A DNA stretch of 64,000 bases from Pseudogymnoascus verrucosus (Eukaryota), in the NCBI GenBank assembly GCA_001662655.1, contig KV460207.1; one strand, written 5' to 3'. Both the position numbers and the translations under genes were made by a program. Shown here in pieces: positions 49,813 to 61,462 of the stretch. The notes under the pieces were generated by a model, which saw only the letters and a program-made list of their open reading frames with translations, did no database searches and was not told where the DNA came from. How positions within the stretch are numbered: position 1 is the stretch's first letter; each line of letters starts with the position of its first letter.

Positions 49813-52800
49813 GCATGACGCGCTAGAGTAGTGGGAAAGTACTTTTGCGGAGAGTGCTGATCGCGATGGGATGGAAGTACTACTCCACTACTAGAAACCT
49901 TCAGTAGTAGTAGAGGGAGGAGTAGGAGGCAGTGAGGATGGAGATAGGGGGGGAAATAAAATATTATGCAGGAGAGAAAAAAAAGTAGTATGTAAACACA
50001 ACAGCTAAATATCTATAGTGTAGAGTAGTTAGTTAGTGTATGTAGCTGTCGTACTCCTATCTGAAGCCGCGTATGAGCCTCAACAGACTCCATCACCCGT
50101 ATCCTCCCTTTCCCACCATCCACCACAAACATACCAACCACAGTACGCAAATACAAAAAGCAGGCACAAGAATACCACCACCACTGAATTACAGCGTCCT
50201 AAGCGGCTACGTACTTCCCACCTTGCCCCTTGAACATCCCATCCCCAATCCATCCCAGCTAACTGTACATCCGTACATAACATACGAAATCCCCGCCGCC
50301 CACACACACCGTCGCTCATCCCGGGCCGTTCATTCGCTGCATCCGGCATGGGTCTCCGTAACAGAAATCCCCACATTCTGAGGTACGACGCGACGGTGCG
50401 GTGGCTTCTACTCGTATGGCCGTATAGTATGGCGGGCCCGAGGGGGGGTAACTGGATGGGGAGTAGTGCGCTGTGTGTGCTATATTCGGCGGCGATGCGT
50501 GGAGAGATTTAGAGGGGGATGGGGGTAGGGAGTAGGCGGTAGGGAGAGACAGGAAAGACAGACTGGAAGACATAGCAATAATACAATACACAAGAACACA
50601 GAGTAAAATAGAGACATCTCTCTTTCCAAGTACCCAGCCAGCCCGGCCTAGACAAACAACACAGCAGCATGACGACCAAGTTGTGTCGTGCCACCGACAG
50701 CTCACCAAAACTCCACCCTAAGGACTGGTTCGGCTAAGATTGGGGAAAAGGAGCAAGGACAGCAAGATTGAGTGCGATTCAATGGGTTGGCATATATATG
50801 TACTATACTATACTATACTACCATAACAGGATTGCATAAACCATCCTCTTCCTCAACCACTCTCCATCCAGCAAACCACAGTATCTCCCCTCAGCGCATA
50901 ACGATATCCCCATCTCTCCACGCAGTCCACCCCACAGCGTGGTACTCCCCCCCAAATCGCTCGAATCACAACCTCTAAACCACTCCGTCCTCCACTCCAT
51001 GAAACACGAGCTCCTCACCACTACACATTTTACAGTACAGTAGTATAGCATGACGCGTGTGAACTTACTGACCCACCCCCAACTCCCCCTCCACCACTCC
51101 CTAACAGAACACACACACAGCGCGGTGGTGGGTGGAGCAAACCCAAGTCCAAGACTCTCTGCGACGGCGACCTCCTCCCACTAGCCCACCCCCCCTAATG
51201 ACGCACCACCGCCCCAATCAACGCGCTGAGGGACCTTTATACAACCCGTCCTGGGGCGGGCGGTGATCTGGAATCTCTGTCTCCTAGGTGGCTGAGTGGC
51301 GAATGCAATGCTACGCTGCGGTGCGGCAGCGGGCGGCGTGCGTGCGTACAGTCGTGCTAGGAATGCAGCCTACGCACGCTGTGGAGGGGCTTACTACAGT
51401 GATGTGCAGGATAGTTACAGAGGTAGTTATCGCCGATGGAGAGAGAGGGATGCAAAGGCTCGGAGGCTCGAGGCACGATGGGCCTTTTTTTTTTTTTTCT
51501 TTCTTTCTTTCTTGCTGCAGCTATCCATTCATCCCACCCCACTGTCACTACTCGTCCCGTCCGTAGGGGTTACAGAAAACACGCTTAGGACGCGACTATA
51601 CACGACTATAGTAGATAGCTCTACCCCCGAACTCCGCCTACGCACGCGCTTCGCTCATGTAAATATTAGGATGGATTGATTTCATCTCTCCCGTCTCTTT
51701 ACAAGACAATCGCGTACACCACCCTAACTGAACCTCAGGAGTTCGCGACGGGCGGGTGCTATGTTATGCGGGGCGATTGATTGATTGGTAAGATTTTGTC
51801 CCCGGTCGATCTTCGTGCTAGCTCGGCAGCAGCAGCGGCGAAGTGATGATGCGCAGCGAGAACGCCGACCGAGTGAGACATACATGGGCGCTGCTGCGTA
51901 TGTGTGTGTGTGGTGTGGTGCAGGAAGCAGGCAGGTAGGTAGGTCTTAGACATACATACAGAGGCGTGAGTTAACGGTTGCAGAGTAGTGGCGGCTTCTG
52001 CTACTAGGAGCAGCTAGGCCCTGGTGGCGGGTGGGTGAGGGACTGGTTGGTCGACGGTTGTTAGGTCAGATGCGATGCATCTGCAGCCCTTTCGTGAGGA
52101 TGTCTTACTTGGGGTGTATTAACAGATACGACACGGCTACGGCTACGGAGGAAGTTTGAGGGGGAGTGCTCATGTCCGACTTCTCCGTCCCGTGTCTAGG
52201 AAGTGCGTGCTGCTCACCATGGTGACTTCTTTTTGGGATTTAAGAAACTCGCTGGTGCGTGAGACAAAATGACAATTTAACGCACGCCTGAGCCACACCA
52301 CACACACACTCAATACCACTCTCCTCAAACAGCCACTCCTCCTAATACCTACCCCGCCCACCACGACTCTAGGATCAGAGTCGTCTGTGTCTGTGAGCTT
52401 GCCCGCCATGCAAGGGAGGCGCAGAAACAGAACAGTCCGCCGCGCCGGGCTACGACTTCTAGCAGTAACAATTTACTTACCCCTATTCTCATCCCAACCC
52501 ATTCCTCGCTCATCTCGCCCAGCGAGCGGCGCTCGGCTTACTCGCATGCGCGGCATAGCGTAGCGTACTATAGTAAATTATCAGCACCAAAGCGTTAGGT
52601 CCCTCCGGACGTGCATTACGCCAGCGTGAAACACCACCATATTACGAATGGTACGAAGTACGCTCGCGAGCGCTCCCCCACACACAACCACCATCCACGA
52701 GCCGGACAGTTCGGCGATGACGATGGTGGTTGAACTCGCTAGTAGAGTAGAGCTTGGAGTGGATACCTATCTCATCTCGATCGTGGAGAAGGAGGCGTTT

Positions 52801-53079
52801 TTTGGTTTGGTCGATTGCAGATTATAGTCGATGTGACAGATTTGTATTATGGTTTTCTCTCTCCCCCCCCCTCGTCGACAGACTTCGAGAATGTAGTTCG
52901 CAGGTGAGATTGTTTTCTTTTGTTTGGGTTTTTTTGGGCGGGTTAATTTAATATACACCGAGGCTTGGCCGGCGGTTCGATTATTGTATTTGGTAGTGTA
53001 TTGTGACACTGATCGACGCAGGCGAAACTACTTTAGGCATGCCTCTTGATCCTGCGAATACTGGTACCTGCCTGATCCT

Positions 53080-53103
53080 AGAGTGAGTGAGTGAGTGAGT
53101 GAG
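53080..53103. repeat. (GAGT)n microsatellite
   Basis: gagtgagtgagtgagtgagtgag. Confidence 0.8.
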
Positions 53104-53800
53104 GGAGTGTTTAACCTGGCGCGAACTGCAATTTGTCAACACCAGTAAGGCGAGAGATCACAGAGAGAGAGGGAGCGGGTAGGGAATCAGAGATAGATTA
53201 ACAACAGCGGGAGACCCTGAGATCTCATCTCGTCATGCTAGCCGTAATCCTGGCTCCTTAAAGGGGGAAGGCATATTACTGAGGGGTAATCTTATACTCT
53301 ATCTATCTGACGGATCTCCCTCCGCCCCTCTCTATAGGAGGGAATAAGGACAGCCAGCCATGCCATGGCAGAGTTTGGACCTCCATCAGCCATGCACACC
53401 CATGGAATACCAATATTACCACCACAACCAGCCCTCCTCCATGGCCAATGTTATACAGAGTAGCATTGCATTCACAGTCTCTGAAGCGGTGTCATCCTAA
53501 CACAAAAATGTATTACCCTGAAACAATACACCTTAATATCCTTAATATCGAGTCTGAGCCTGCCGCGCCCGCCGCGCCCACCAGGGTTACATCGGGACCA
53601 ACGCGTTCCGAGACATCCCGTGTCCAAAAAAACCGTCTCTTGGCCGATTGAACAGCTCACGTGATTCAGCCTCGCCATGACTAGGAATTTAAGGTTTAGC
53701 GCCTCTAGCGCTGGTCAGCCTTGTGAGCCTTCTTTGGGGGACGCGAGTGTAGAGGCGAGGTATTGCGACGAGCATCACTTGCGCATATAGCACGATCACA

Positions 53801-54925
53801 ATGGCGCCTCCTATAATCGATGAAATCGTCGAAGACGAAAACTACGCCTCCTCAGAAGACGAGGATTTCGTCCCCGACGAGGCACCCGCTGCTGTCGCCT
53901 CAGCATCCGAGTCTGAATCCGAAGCCGAAGGCGAGGGCGAGGGCGAAGCACCAACTGAGGCGAAGAAAGGGAAGCCTGCTACGAAAAGGAAACGTGCAAA
54001 GCAACCTGCGGGTGAGGATGCGGAGGATATAGGGTTTGAGAATTCGGGAGATGAGGCGATTATTGGGAAGGGGTTGAAGAAGCAGAGGAGGCGGCGGAGG
54101 AGGGGGGAGGAGGAGGAGGAGGATGAGGGGGGGGAGGGGGGGTTTGTGAAGACGAGGAGGATGGCTGCTGCTGCGTAAGTTCTGCTCTTGTGGGATAAGC
54201 CGTGGTGCGGGAGATGGATAGTGCTAACTAGATATAGAGAGGAAGAGCGCGCACCACTTGCAGATACGAAAAATGCGACTGTAGATGTCGACGCGCTATG
54301 GGCATCCATGGTATCCGGATCACCCAAACAACCCACCGAACACACCCCCCTACCTCCCTCCGACACCCAAGCCCTCGACACCGTCGGCCCGGTATCAAAA
54401 ACCGCCGCGGCGGCTGCGTCGGCCCTCACGACACTCCCGGGCCCGAATGGGGATGACACAGTGACAATCCAGCGCACCTACAATTTCGCGGGCAAAGTGC
54501 ACACGGAAACAAAAATCGTCCCCCGCGACTCCGCCGAAGCACGGCTGTACCTCGCCTCCAACCCCTCCCCCACCACAGACGCGCCCACATCCACCTCCCC
54601 CCCTAGGCGGCCCACCAAACTCGCGCGGCGCTCTATGTTCGAACCCGTCATCGATACTGGGCCGCCGCGATCGGATTTAAAGTTGGGAGTAGGGATGATA
54701 CGGGAGAGATTGGTAGCGCAGCAGGAGGTGGAGAAGGGGAGGAAGTTGAATACGGTTGAGAAGAGTAAGATGGATTGGGCTGGGTTTGTGGATAAGGAGG
54801 GGATTAGGGAGGAGTTGGAGGTTGCGGAGAAGGGGAAGGGGAGTTATTTGCAGAGGAAGGAGTTTTTGGAGAGGGTGGAGGGGAAGAGGGAGGAGGTGCG
54901 GAGGGCCACTGTTGGGAAGTTGTAG
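53801..54925 (+). CDS. SWC5: SWR1 complex subunit Swc5 (BCNT domain)
   Basis: N-terminal YASSEDEDFVP, RTYNFAG and C-terminal KLNTVEKSKMDWAGFVDKEGIREEL...SYLQRKEFLERVE. Intron at 54175-54237. Confidence 0.92.
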
Positions 54926-55334
54926 GGCGTTGGTTAGAGGGTGAGTGGGGTGGGTTTGGAGTTGGAGTTGGGGTTTGGGGGGTTGCATTGGGGGTGGGGG
55001 TTGAATGTGGGATTATGGGTAGAAATGTATATTTATAATACGAAGAGTTTGCTACACTTGAAGGAGACAATTACATATGAACGGAGTCGTTATAATATGT
55101 TCACCTATGCCCCAGGGGCGGCAACTTCAGCCTCGCCACAAGGCTCGCGCACAGACCACATCTCACAAAAAATAATTACTCACCTCGGCCACTCCAAAAA
55201 TCCTCAAGGTCTCGAAACCCTCACCCCTCCCTCCAACTCTCTTCCCGGTTCCAACAGTGGCGTCCATTCCAAGAATCCTCAGCGCCTGTGCAAGGCGCAT
55301 CCTCTCCTCCAGCACGCTACGATCCACCCGAACA

Positions 55335-57249
55335 ATGGCAACTGCAACTACCAACGGCACGCGCGGCGATGCGACGCCGGCGGAGTCGATGCAAACACCC
55401 ACCGAAACCACCACCGCCGCAGAATCCCCCAAGCCGACGAAACTCCATGGCCGCGCCTTCTACGAAAGTATAGGCAGTCCCAAGTTTGTCCTCGCTCCCA
55501 TGGTTGACCAATCTGAATTCGTAAGCCCCCCCATTCCTCCCCAAACATCACCAACCAGCCAGCTAACTCCCCCACCAGGCCTGGCGCATGCTCACCCGCA
55601 CCTACATGACCGCCTCAAGCACCAAAGACCTCCTCGCCTACACCCCCATGCTTCACGCGCGCCTCTTCACCACCACCGAAAAATTCCGCTTCAACCACTT
55701 CCAACCCACTCGCTCTGGCCTCCCGACCGTTCCTACCTCCGCCCCTCCTGTTTCGTCGACAGACACCTACCTCGACGGACACCCCTCTATCGACCGCCCG
55801 CTCTTCGTGCAGTTCTGCGCGAACACGCCGGAGGATCTGCTGGCGGCCGCGCAGTACGTGGCGCCGTTTTGTGATGCGGTGGATTTGAATCTCGGGTGTC
55901 CGCAGGGGATTGCGAGGAAGGGGGGGTATGGGGCGTTTTTGCAGGAGGATCAGGAACTTATTTATAAGTTGATCAATACACTACATACCGGCCTCGACGT
56001 GCCGGTGACGGCGAAGATACGCGTGCTTGAGACGCGTGAGGAGACGTTGGCGTATGCGGAGAAGGTTTTGAGCGCGGGGGCTAGTATATTGACTGTTCAT
56101 GGGAGGCTGCGCGAGGCGAAGGGACATAAGACAGGATTAGCGGATTGGGCGGCGATTCGACACCTTAGGGATAATCTGCCGAAGGAGACGGTTATCTTTG
56201 CCAACGGGAATATCCTCTCCCGCGGCGACATCGAGAGGTGTCTTGAAGCCACAGGCGCGGATGCCGTGATGAGCGCCGAGGGGAACTTGTACGATCCTGC
56301 TATTTTTGCCGAGGCGCCCGAGGTGGGGGAGGAGGGGTGTATGTATTGGAGGGGGAGGGATGGGAAGGGGGGGTTTAGGATGGATGAGGCGCTGAGGAGG
56401 TATTTGGATATTCTGTATAAGTATGTGCTTGAGCAAGCGCCGCCGGCGAGGAAACCGCTTTATATCCCTGGCCAGGCAGCGGCGGGTGCGAGGGATCCTC
56501 CGACGCCTGAAGCGAGCGATGAACCGCCGCGCAAGCGCGCGAAGACTGGTGCTGAGCCTCCTGCTGAAACCACGGCGGTGGAGGCAGCGACTGAAGCACA
56601 GCCTACCGCGGCACCAACTACGCAGACGCCAAATAAGAAGCAGAAAAACGCAAACAAGAAACAGAAGCGCGAAAAAACATCTAGCCCCAACCTCCTCGCC
56701 ATGCAACCTCACTGCTTCCACCTCCTGCGCGCGCTCGTCTCGAAACACCACTCCGTGCGCGACGCCCTAGCGCGGAGTCGCCCGGGGGACATGGAGGCGT
56801 ATGAGGGGGTTCTGGCGATGGTGGAGCGGGTTGTGGAGGAGGGGATTAGGGAGTACGAAGCTACGGGGGGGGCGAGCTATCATGATGCGCTGGATAAGGA
56901 GGGGGAGGGGGACGGAAATGTGCTGTCGGCGGTGGGGTATGAGGGGTTAGAAACGGAGGGGGAGGTGGAGGGAGGGAAGGCGGTGGAGTATGAGACGAGT
57001 GTTAAGGCGGTGAGGGAGTGTAGGAGGCCGTTTTGGGTGTGTCAGCCGTATGTGAGGCCGTTGCCGATGGAGGCGATGGCGAAGGGGAGCTTGACGATGA
57101 GTAAGAAGGAGTTGGCGAAGTTGAAGGAGGGGGAGAAGGAGGTGGTGATGGGGATGGGGGCGAGGAGGAATGATGGGAGGCAGAATGGGGGAGTGAAGCA
57201 GGGGGAGGAGAAGAAGGAGGAGAAGCTGGAGGAGAAGAAGGAATTGTAA
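55335..57249 (+). CDS. DUS1: tRNA-dihydrouridine synthase Dus1
   Basis: KLHGRAFYESIGSPKFVLAPMVDQSEF|AWRML, DRPLFVQFCAN, DLNLGCPQGIARKG, TVHGR and FANGNI. Intron near 55521-55579. Confidence 0.92.
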
Positions 57250-58134
57250 TGGGATTTTCATGTGGTTGGTAGTGGTTGGTGGTGGTGGTGGAAGAATAGG
57301 ATCTTCATGTGGTTGTTGACGGTGGTGGTGGTGTGTAGATACGTGGGGGAGTGGAACGTGACCCCATGGGGATGGGATTTTTAGTTAGAGGTGGCCTGGG
57401 AGGGTGTGGTGGGGGTTGCGGATCGTGTGGAGGTTGGGTAGGGATGTGTTCCCAGTTGTCGTACAGTACGGCGACGCCGAGTGCGAGTGCGACGACAGAC
57501 GGCAGACAGATAAGACGTGGATTCAAGCGCTGAAATTCACAAGGGAGGGGGAGATAAGAAGGAGGGCAGACAAGACAGAATATAGACGGATGGGAATTTC
57601 TGTAACATCTAACCAACCCATAGACACATATACAAATTATTGTACGTAAACAACTAGCGCAGCACCGGCAGATGCCACTGTTGATCTTTGTTCAACGTCG
57701 ACGATCCCAGACAAATTACATTGGAGGAGGAAAGGAAAACAACATGCATAGGTGATCACGTGTCCATGTTCCTGAACCGTACGCACAGTAGTAGTTTACA
57801 GCTGCTGAAGGTGGAGATACAAATCTTACCCAATTTTCTCCATACAATACAGGGTACAGCAGCACGTCTTTGCAAGTATCCCCAGCTAGCTCGGTGATAG
57901 TGGAGTTGTTTTTTCCTTACCAGTGGAGTTTAGCGTCATCACGGTCGCCCCTTCCCAGTGTCAGAGACATACCAAGGACATCCTAACACCCGCCAAAACA
58001 TACCAAGATGCTATGCACCTTCCATGTTCCGCGTTTGCCCCCCACTATGCTAGGAGGCCTACGTAGGGGAGTACGAGGATAAGCGATGGGACTGGCGATG
58101 AGCTCGTGTGATGGCCTCGGTTGGTTGGTTGGTT

Positions 58135-58780
58135 TACTTATGGGTTTGTTTGGGGGACTATCTATGGGCTCGTGGCTTTCTATGGGCTCGTGGCGTTCTA
58201 TGGGCTCGTTCGGGTGACTATGGGACTCTCTGTGGCCTCTGTATGGTTTACTATGGGTTTGTTTGGCTTTTCTATGGGCTCGTTTGGCTTCTATGGGCTC
58301 GTTCGGCTTACTATGGGACTCTCGGTCGTTTCTCTATGGCTAACTTCTGTACTTGCTCTAGGGGCTAATCTTTACTTGTTCTGCGTGCTCCAGTGTCTAA
58401 GAACCCCCCTAACGACTTCCTAAGTCTCCTAAACACCTTCTAAAGTCTCCTAAGAACTCCCTAAAGGCCGCCTAAGGGCCGTCTATAGATCACCTAGGCA
58501 TGATTTACGACGATCCATTCCCAACCGATGCTCTCCCTATGGACAACCCAGACATTATTTATGGGCAGACATGGTCAGTTCAACGGTTAACCTATACCTT
58601 CTCTTCCGGCCTATACGACTCTCAACGGCCTCTACGGCCTCTCTATGGACAACCTCAAGAACCCAAACATCTACCCTCGAATCTCTCTACCTTCTCTATG
58701 GACAACCCATACTTTTACAATATTCAAAAGTGTAAAATGTACATCACCTGTGGATTATCCTTCGACGATCTATGGATTAA
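58135..58780. repeat. Degenerate minisatellite cluster (CTATGGG-core ~20-bp units, CCTAA ~10-bp units, CTCTATGGACAACC units)
   Basis: About 10 ctatggg(c/a/t)t units at 58137-58340, cctaa-rich units at 58403-58480, and ctatggacaacc at ~58537, 58644 and 58696. Confidence 0.75.
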
Positions 58781-59224
58781 TCTAAATCCTCCCTATTCTC
58801 CCCCCACGTGAAATGCGGCATAATGTCGCTATACCATGCCACTCTATAGGGCATAGTCGTCTTCTCGGCGCTGCCTTGTACTTATCTTAACCATACAGAT
58901 AGCCTCGTCATTGCCCGAAATGGCTTGGTCACCTTTTTCCCTCGGACATTATCTTTTAGCCCGCTTTCACTTTTTCGTCCATTCCACTTTCCATGTTTTC
59001 AATCAACCACCCATGCCAGCCCGCTATTTTTCCCTTCAGAGCTTTCCTTGGCGTCGCCGTCAGATCTTTTGTACCATGTTCCTCTTCTGCCTCATTTCTT
59101 TTCCCTTTCCTTTCTTTTAATCTACTGTTTTTTTGAATATCAAAACCCTCTATTTATGTCCAAATCCACATAGATTTCCTGGAAAACTCCCGCTCGTGTT
59201 GCGCATTCACAACAGCCCGCCAAG

Positions 59225-60937
59225 ATGGCCAAGGATACAGCACCCGGTGATGTCATCTCCCCGTCCGCCGGTAGCTCAGACGGTCACATCGTCCGCCACC
59301 GCACCCGTAGCATCGGACATCTCTCCACCAACAACGGCCCCGACGGGGCACGCTCGCTCTCCAACGACTCCCAGGACGGCGCCGACAGCGACGATGCCCA
59401 GCTCCAGGCCGAGTTCGGGTACAAGCCCGTCTTCAAGCGCGAGTTTGGCTACCTCTCCACCTTTTCCTTCGCCGTGAGCATCTCGGGCCTCTTCGCGACC
59501 ACAATGACTACCTACTCCTACCCGCTGGCTGCTGGCGGCGCTGCGGCGGCGGTGTGGTGTTGGTTGATCGCGGGGTCCGGGTGCATGTGTCTCGCCTTCT
59601 CTGTCGCGGAGCTGGTCTCGGCGTACCCTACGTCTGGCGGACTGTACTACACGGTGTCGCGCCTGGCGCCGAAGAAGTACGTGCCGGTCATATCGTGGAT
59701 CACGGGCTGGATCAATCTGCTCGGTCAGATTGCTGGTGTGGCCAGTTCAGAGTACGGTGCCGCGCAGATGCTGCTCGCGGCCGTGGCTATGGGCACGGAT
59801 TTCAAGTATGAGATTACGGAGAATACGACGGTTGGCGTTATGGCTGCATTGACCGTTCTCACGGGTCTGGTCAATTCGCTTTCCACGTACTGGATTGAGA
59901 AGATGACCAAGGGTTATGTTATCTTTCACATTGCTGTGCTGGTGTCTTGCTGTATTGCTCTGCTCGTCAAGACGGAGAACAAGAACACGGCGAGCTTTGT
60001 CTTCACAGAGATCGAGTCGAGCTCTGGATGGCAGCCAAAGGGGTTCTCATTTTTGTTCGGCTTCCTCTCTGTCGCCTGGACCATGACCGATTACGACGCC
60101 ACGGCGCATATCACTGAGGAGATCTCGAACCCCGCCAAGAAAGCGCCCTGGGCCATCTCCGCCGCCATGACATTCACCTACATCGGCGGCTTCCTCTTCA
60201 ACATCGTTCTCGGCTACTGCATGGGCCCCTCCTCGGCCGACATCCTCAGCGCCTACCAGCCCGTCGCCATGATCTTCTACAACTCCCTCGGCAAGGCCGG
60301 CGGCATCTTCTACACCGTCTGCGGCTTCATCATTATCAAGTTCGTGTGCTTCACGGCCCTCCAAGCCACAGCTCGCACCTTCTTCGCCTTCTCCCGCGAC
60401 CGTCTCATCCCCTTCTCCCCCGTCTGGACAAAGGTCAGCTCCATCTCCGGCACGCCGCTCACCTCCGTCTGGCTCAGCGTCGTCCTCTGCATCCTGATCA
60501 ACCTCATCGGACTCGGCTCCTACACCGCCATCTCGGGCGTCTTCAACGTCTGCGCCATCTCCCTCGATATCTCCTACTGCATCCCCATCGCCTGCAAGCT
60601 GATCTTCGGACAATTCAAGCCAGGCCCCTGGCACATGGGACGGTACTCAAGGTACATCAATATCTGGGCGTGTATCTGGACCGCGTTCGTGAGCGTCATC
60701 TTCGTGCTGCCGACCGCGTACCCTGTTGCGGCTGATACGATGAACTACGCGTGCGTCTTCTTGGTTGCGATCTTCTTCTTCGCGTACTTGTACTGGATTA
60801 TGAGGGGCAAGCAGTTCTATACTGGTCCGATTGTGGAGGGCTATGAGGCGCCGCAGGTGGCGGGGGAGGGGGAGGAGCGGGAGAGTGGGTTAAGTGGGGA
60901 GTTAGCGGGGGAGAAGGTGGGGGAGAAGGTGGCCTAG
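59225..60937 (+). CDS. APC-superfamily amino acid/GABA/polyamine permease
   Basis: FGYKPVFKREFGYLSTFSFAVSISG, AELVSAYPTSGGLYY, DYDATAHITEE and FAFSRD, with about 12 TM segments. Intronless. Confidence 0.93.
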   Translation: MAKDTAPGDVISPSAGSSDGHIVRHRTRSIGHLSTNNGPDGARSLSNDSQDGADSDDAQLQAEFGYKPVFKREFGYLSTFSFAVSISGLFATTMTTYSYPLAAGGAAAAVWCWLIAGSGCMCLAFSVAELVSAYPTSGGLYYTVSRLAPKKYVPVISWITGWINLLGQIAGVASSEYGAAQMLLAAVAMGTDFKYEITENTTVGVMAALTVLTGLVNSLSTYWIEKMTKGYVIFHIAVLVSCCIALLVKTENKNTASFVFTEIESSSGWQPKGFSFLFGFLSVAWTMTDYDATAHITEEISNPAKKAPWAISAAMTFTYIGGFLFNIVLGYCMGPSSADILSAYQPVAMIFYNSLGKAGGIFYTVCGFIIIKFVCFTALQATARTFFAFSRDRLIPFSPVWTKVSSISGTPLTSVWLSVVLCILINLIGLGSYTAISGVFNVCAISLDISYCIPIACKLIFGQFKPGPWHMGRYSRYINIWACIWTAFVSVIFVLPTAYPVAADTMNYACVFLVAIFFFAYLYWIMRGKQFYTGPIVEGYEAPQVAGEGEERESGLSGELAGEKVGEKVA

Positions 60938-61462
60938 GGGGGGTTGATGGAGAGGTTGGTCCGTGCGTTGGGCTTTGGCTAGTTGTGGTGGAAAGGGGGT
61001 CTCGGAGAGCGAGGCTTGTGTGTTTATATTTATTCCCCTGTATGATAGATTAGGTTTACGAATTGAGTTTCATTGCCATCAATGGGGTAGAAAAGAGGTG
61101 TTTGTGCTGCACATGAATCGGAATTTGGAATAGCAAAGCTCACAGGATGGTTTACCCATGTTATGTGTATGTCGACTATGGTAAACGATGGCGAAGAACC
61201 TACCTACTTACCTAGAAGTGTGAACATAGGACAGAGACGAAGTGAAGGATGACATGTGAGGTGGTGAGAAAGACGACGATGAGAAATAAGAGAGGTGGTG
61301 AGAAGTAAGCGGGCGGCGAGAAAGGCGAGGACGGTTGGGAGAAAGAGGGTCGACGACGCATGCTTCAGCGGGTTCTTGGGCATCGGCGCCGTTGGCTATG
61401 CATGCGCGCACAAGGGGGATGTTCGGGAGGGGAGATGCATGATACTACTTACCTTACTACCA

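Noticed and set aside
58403..58480. Interstitial telomere repeats
   Set aside because: CCTAA cores recur at about 10-11 bp spacing, not as (CCCTAA)n hexamers.
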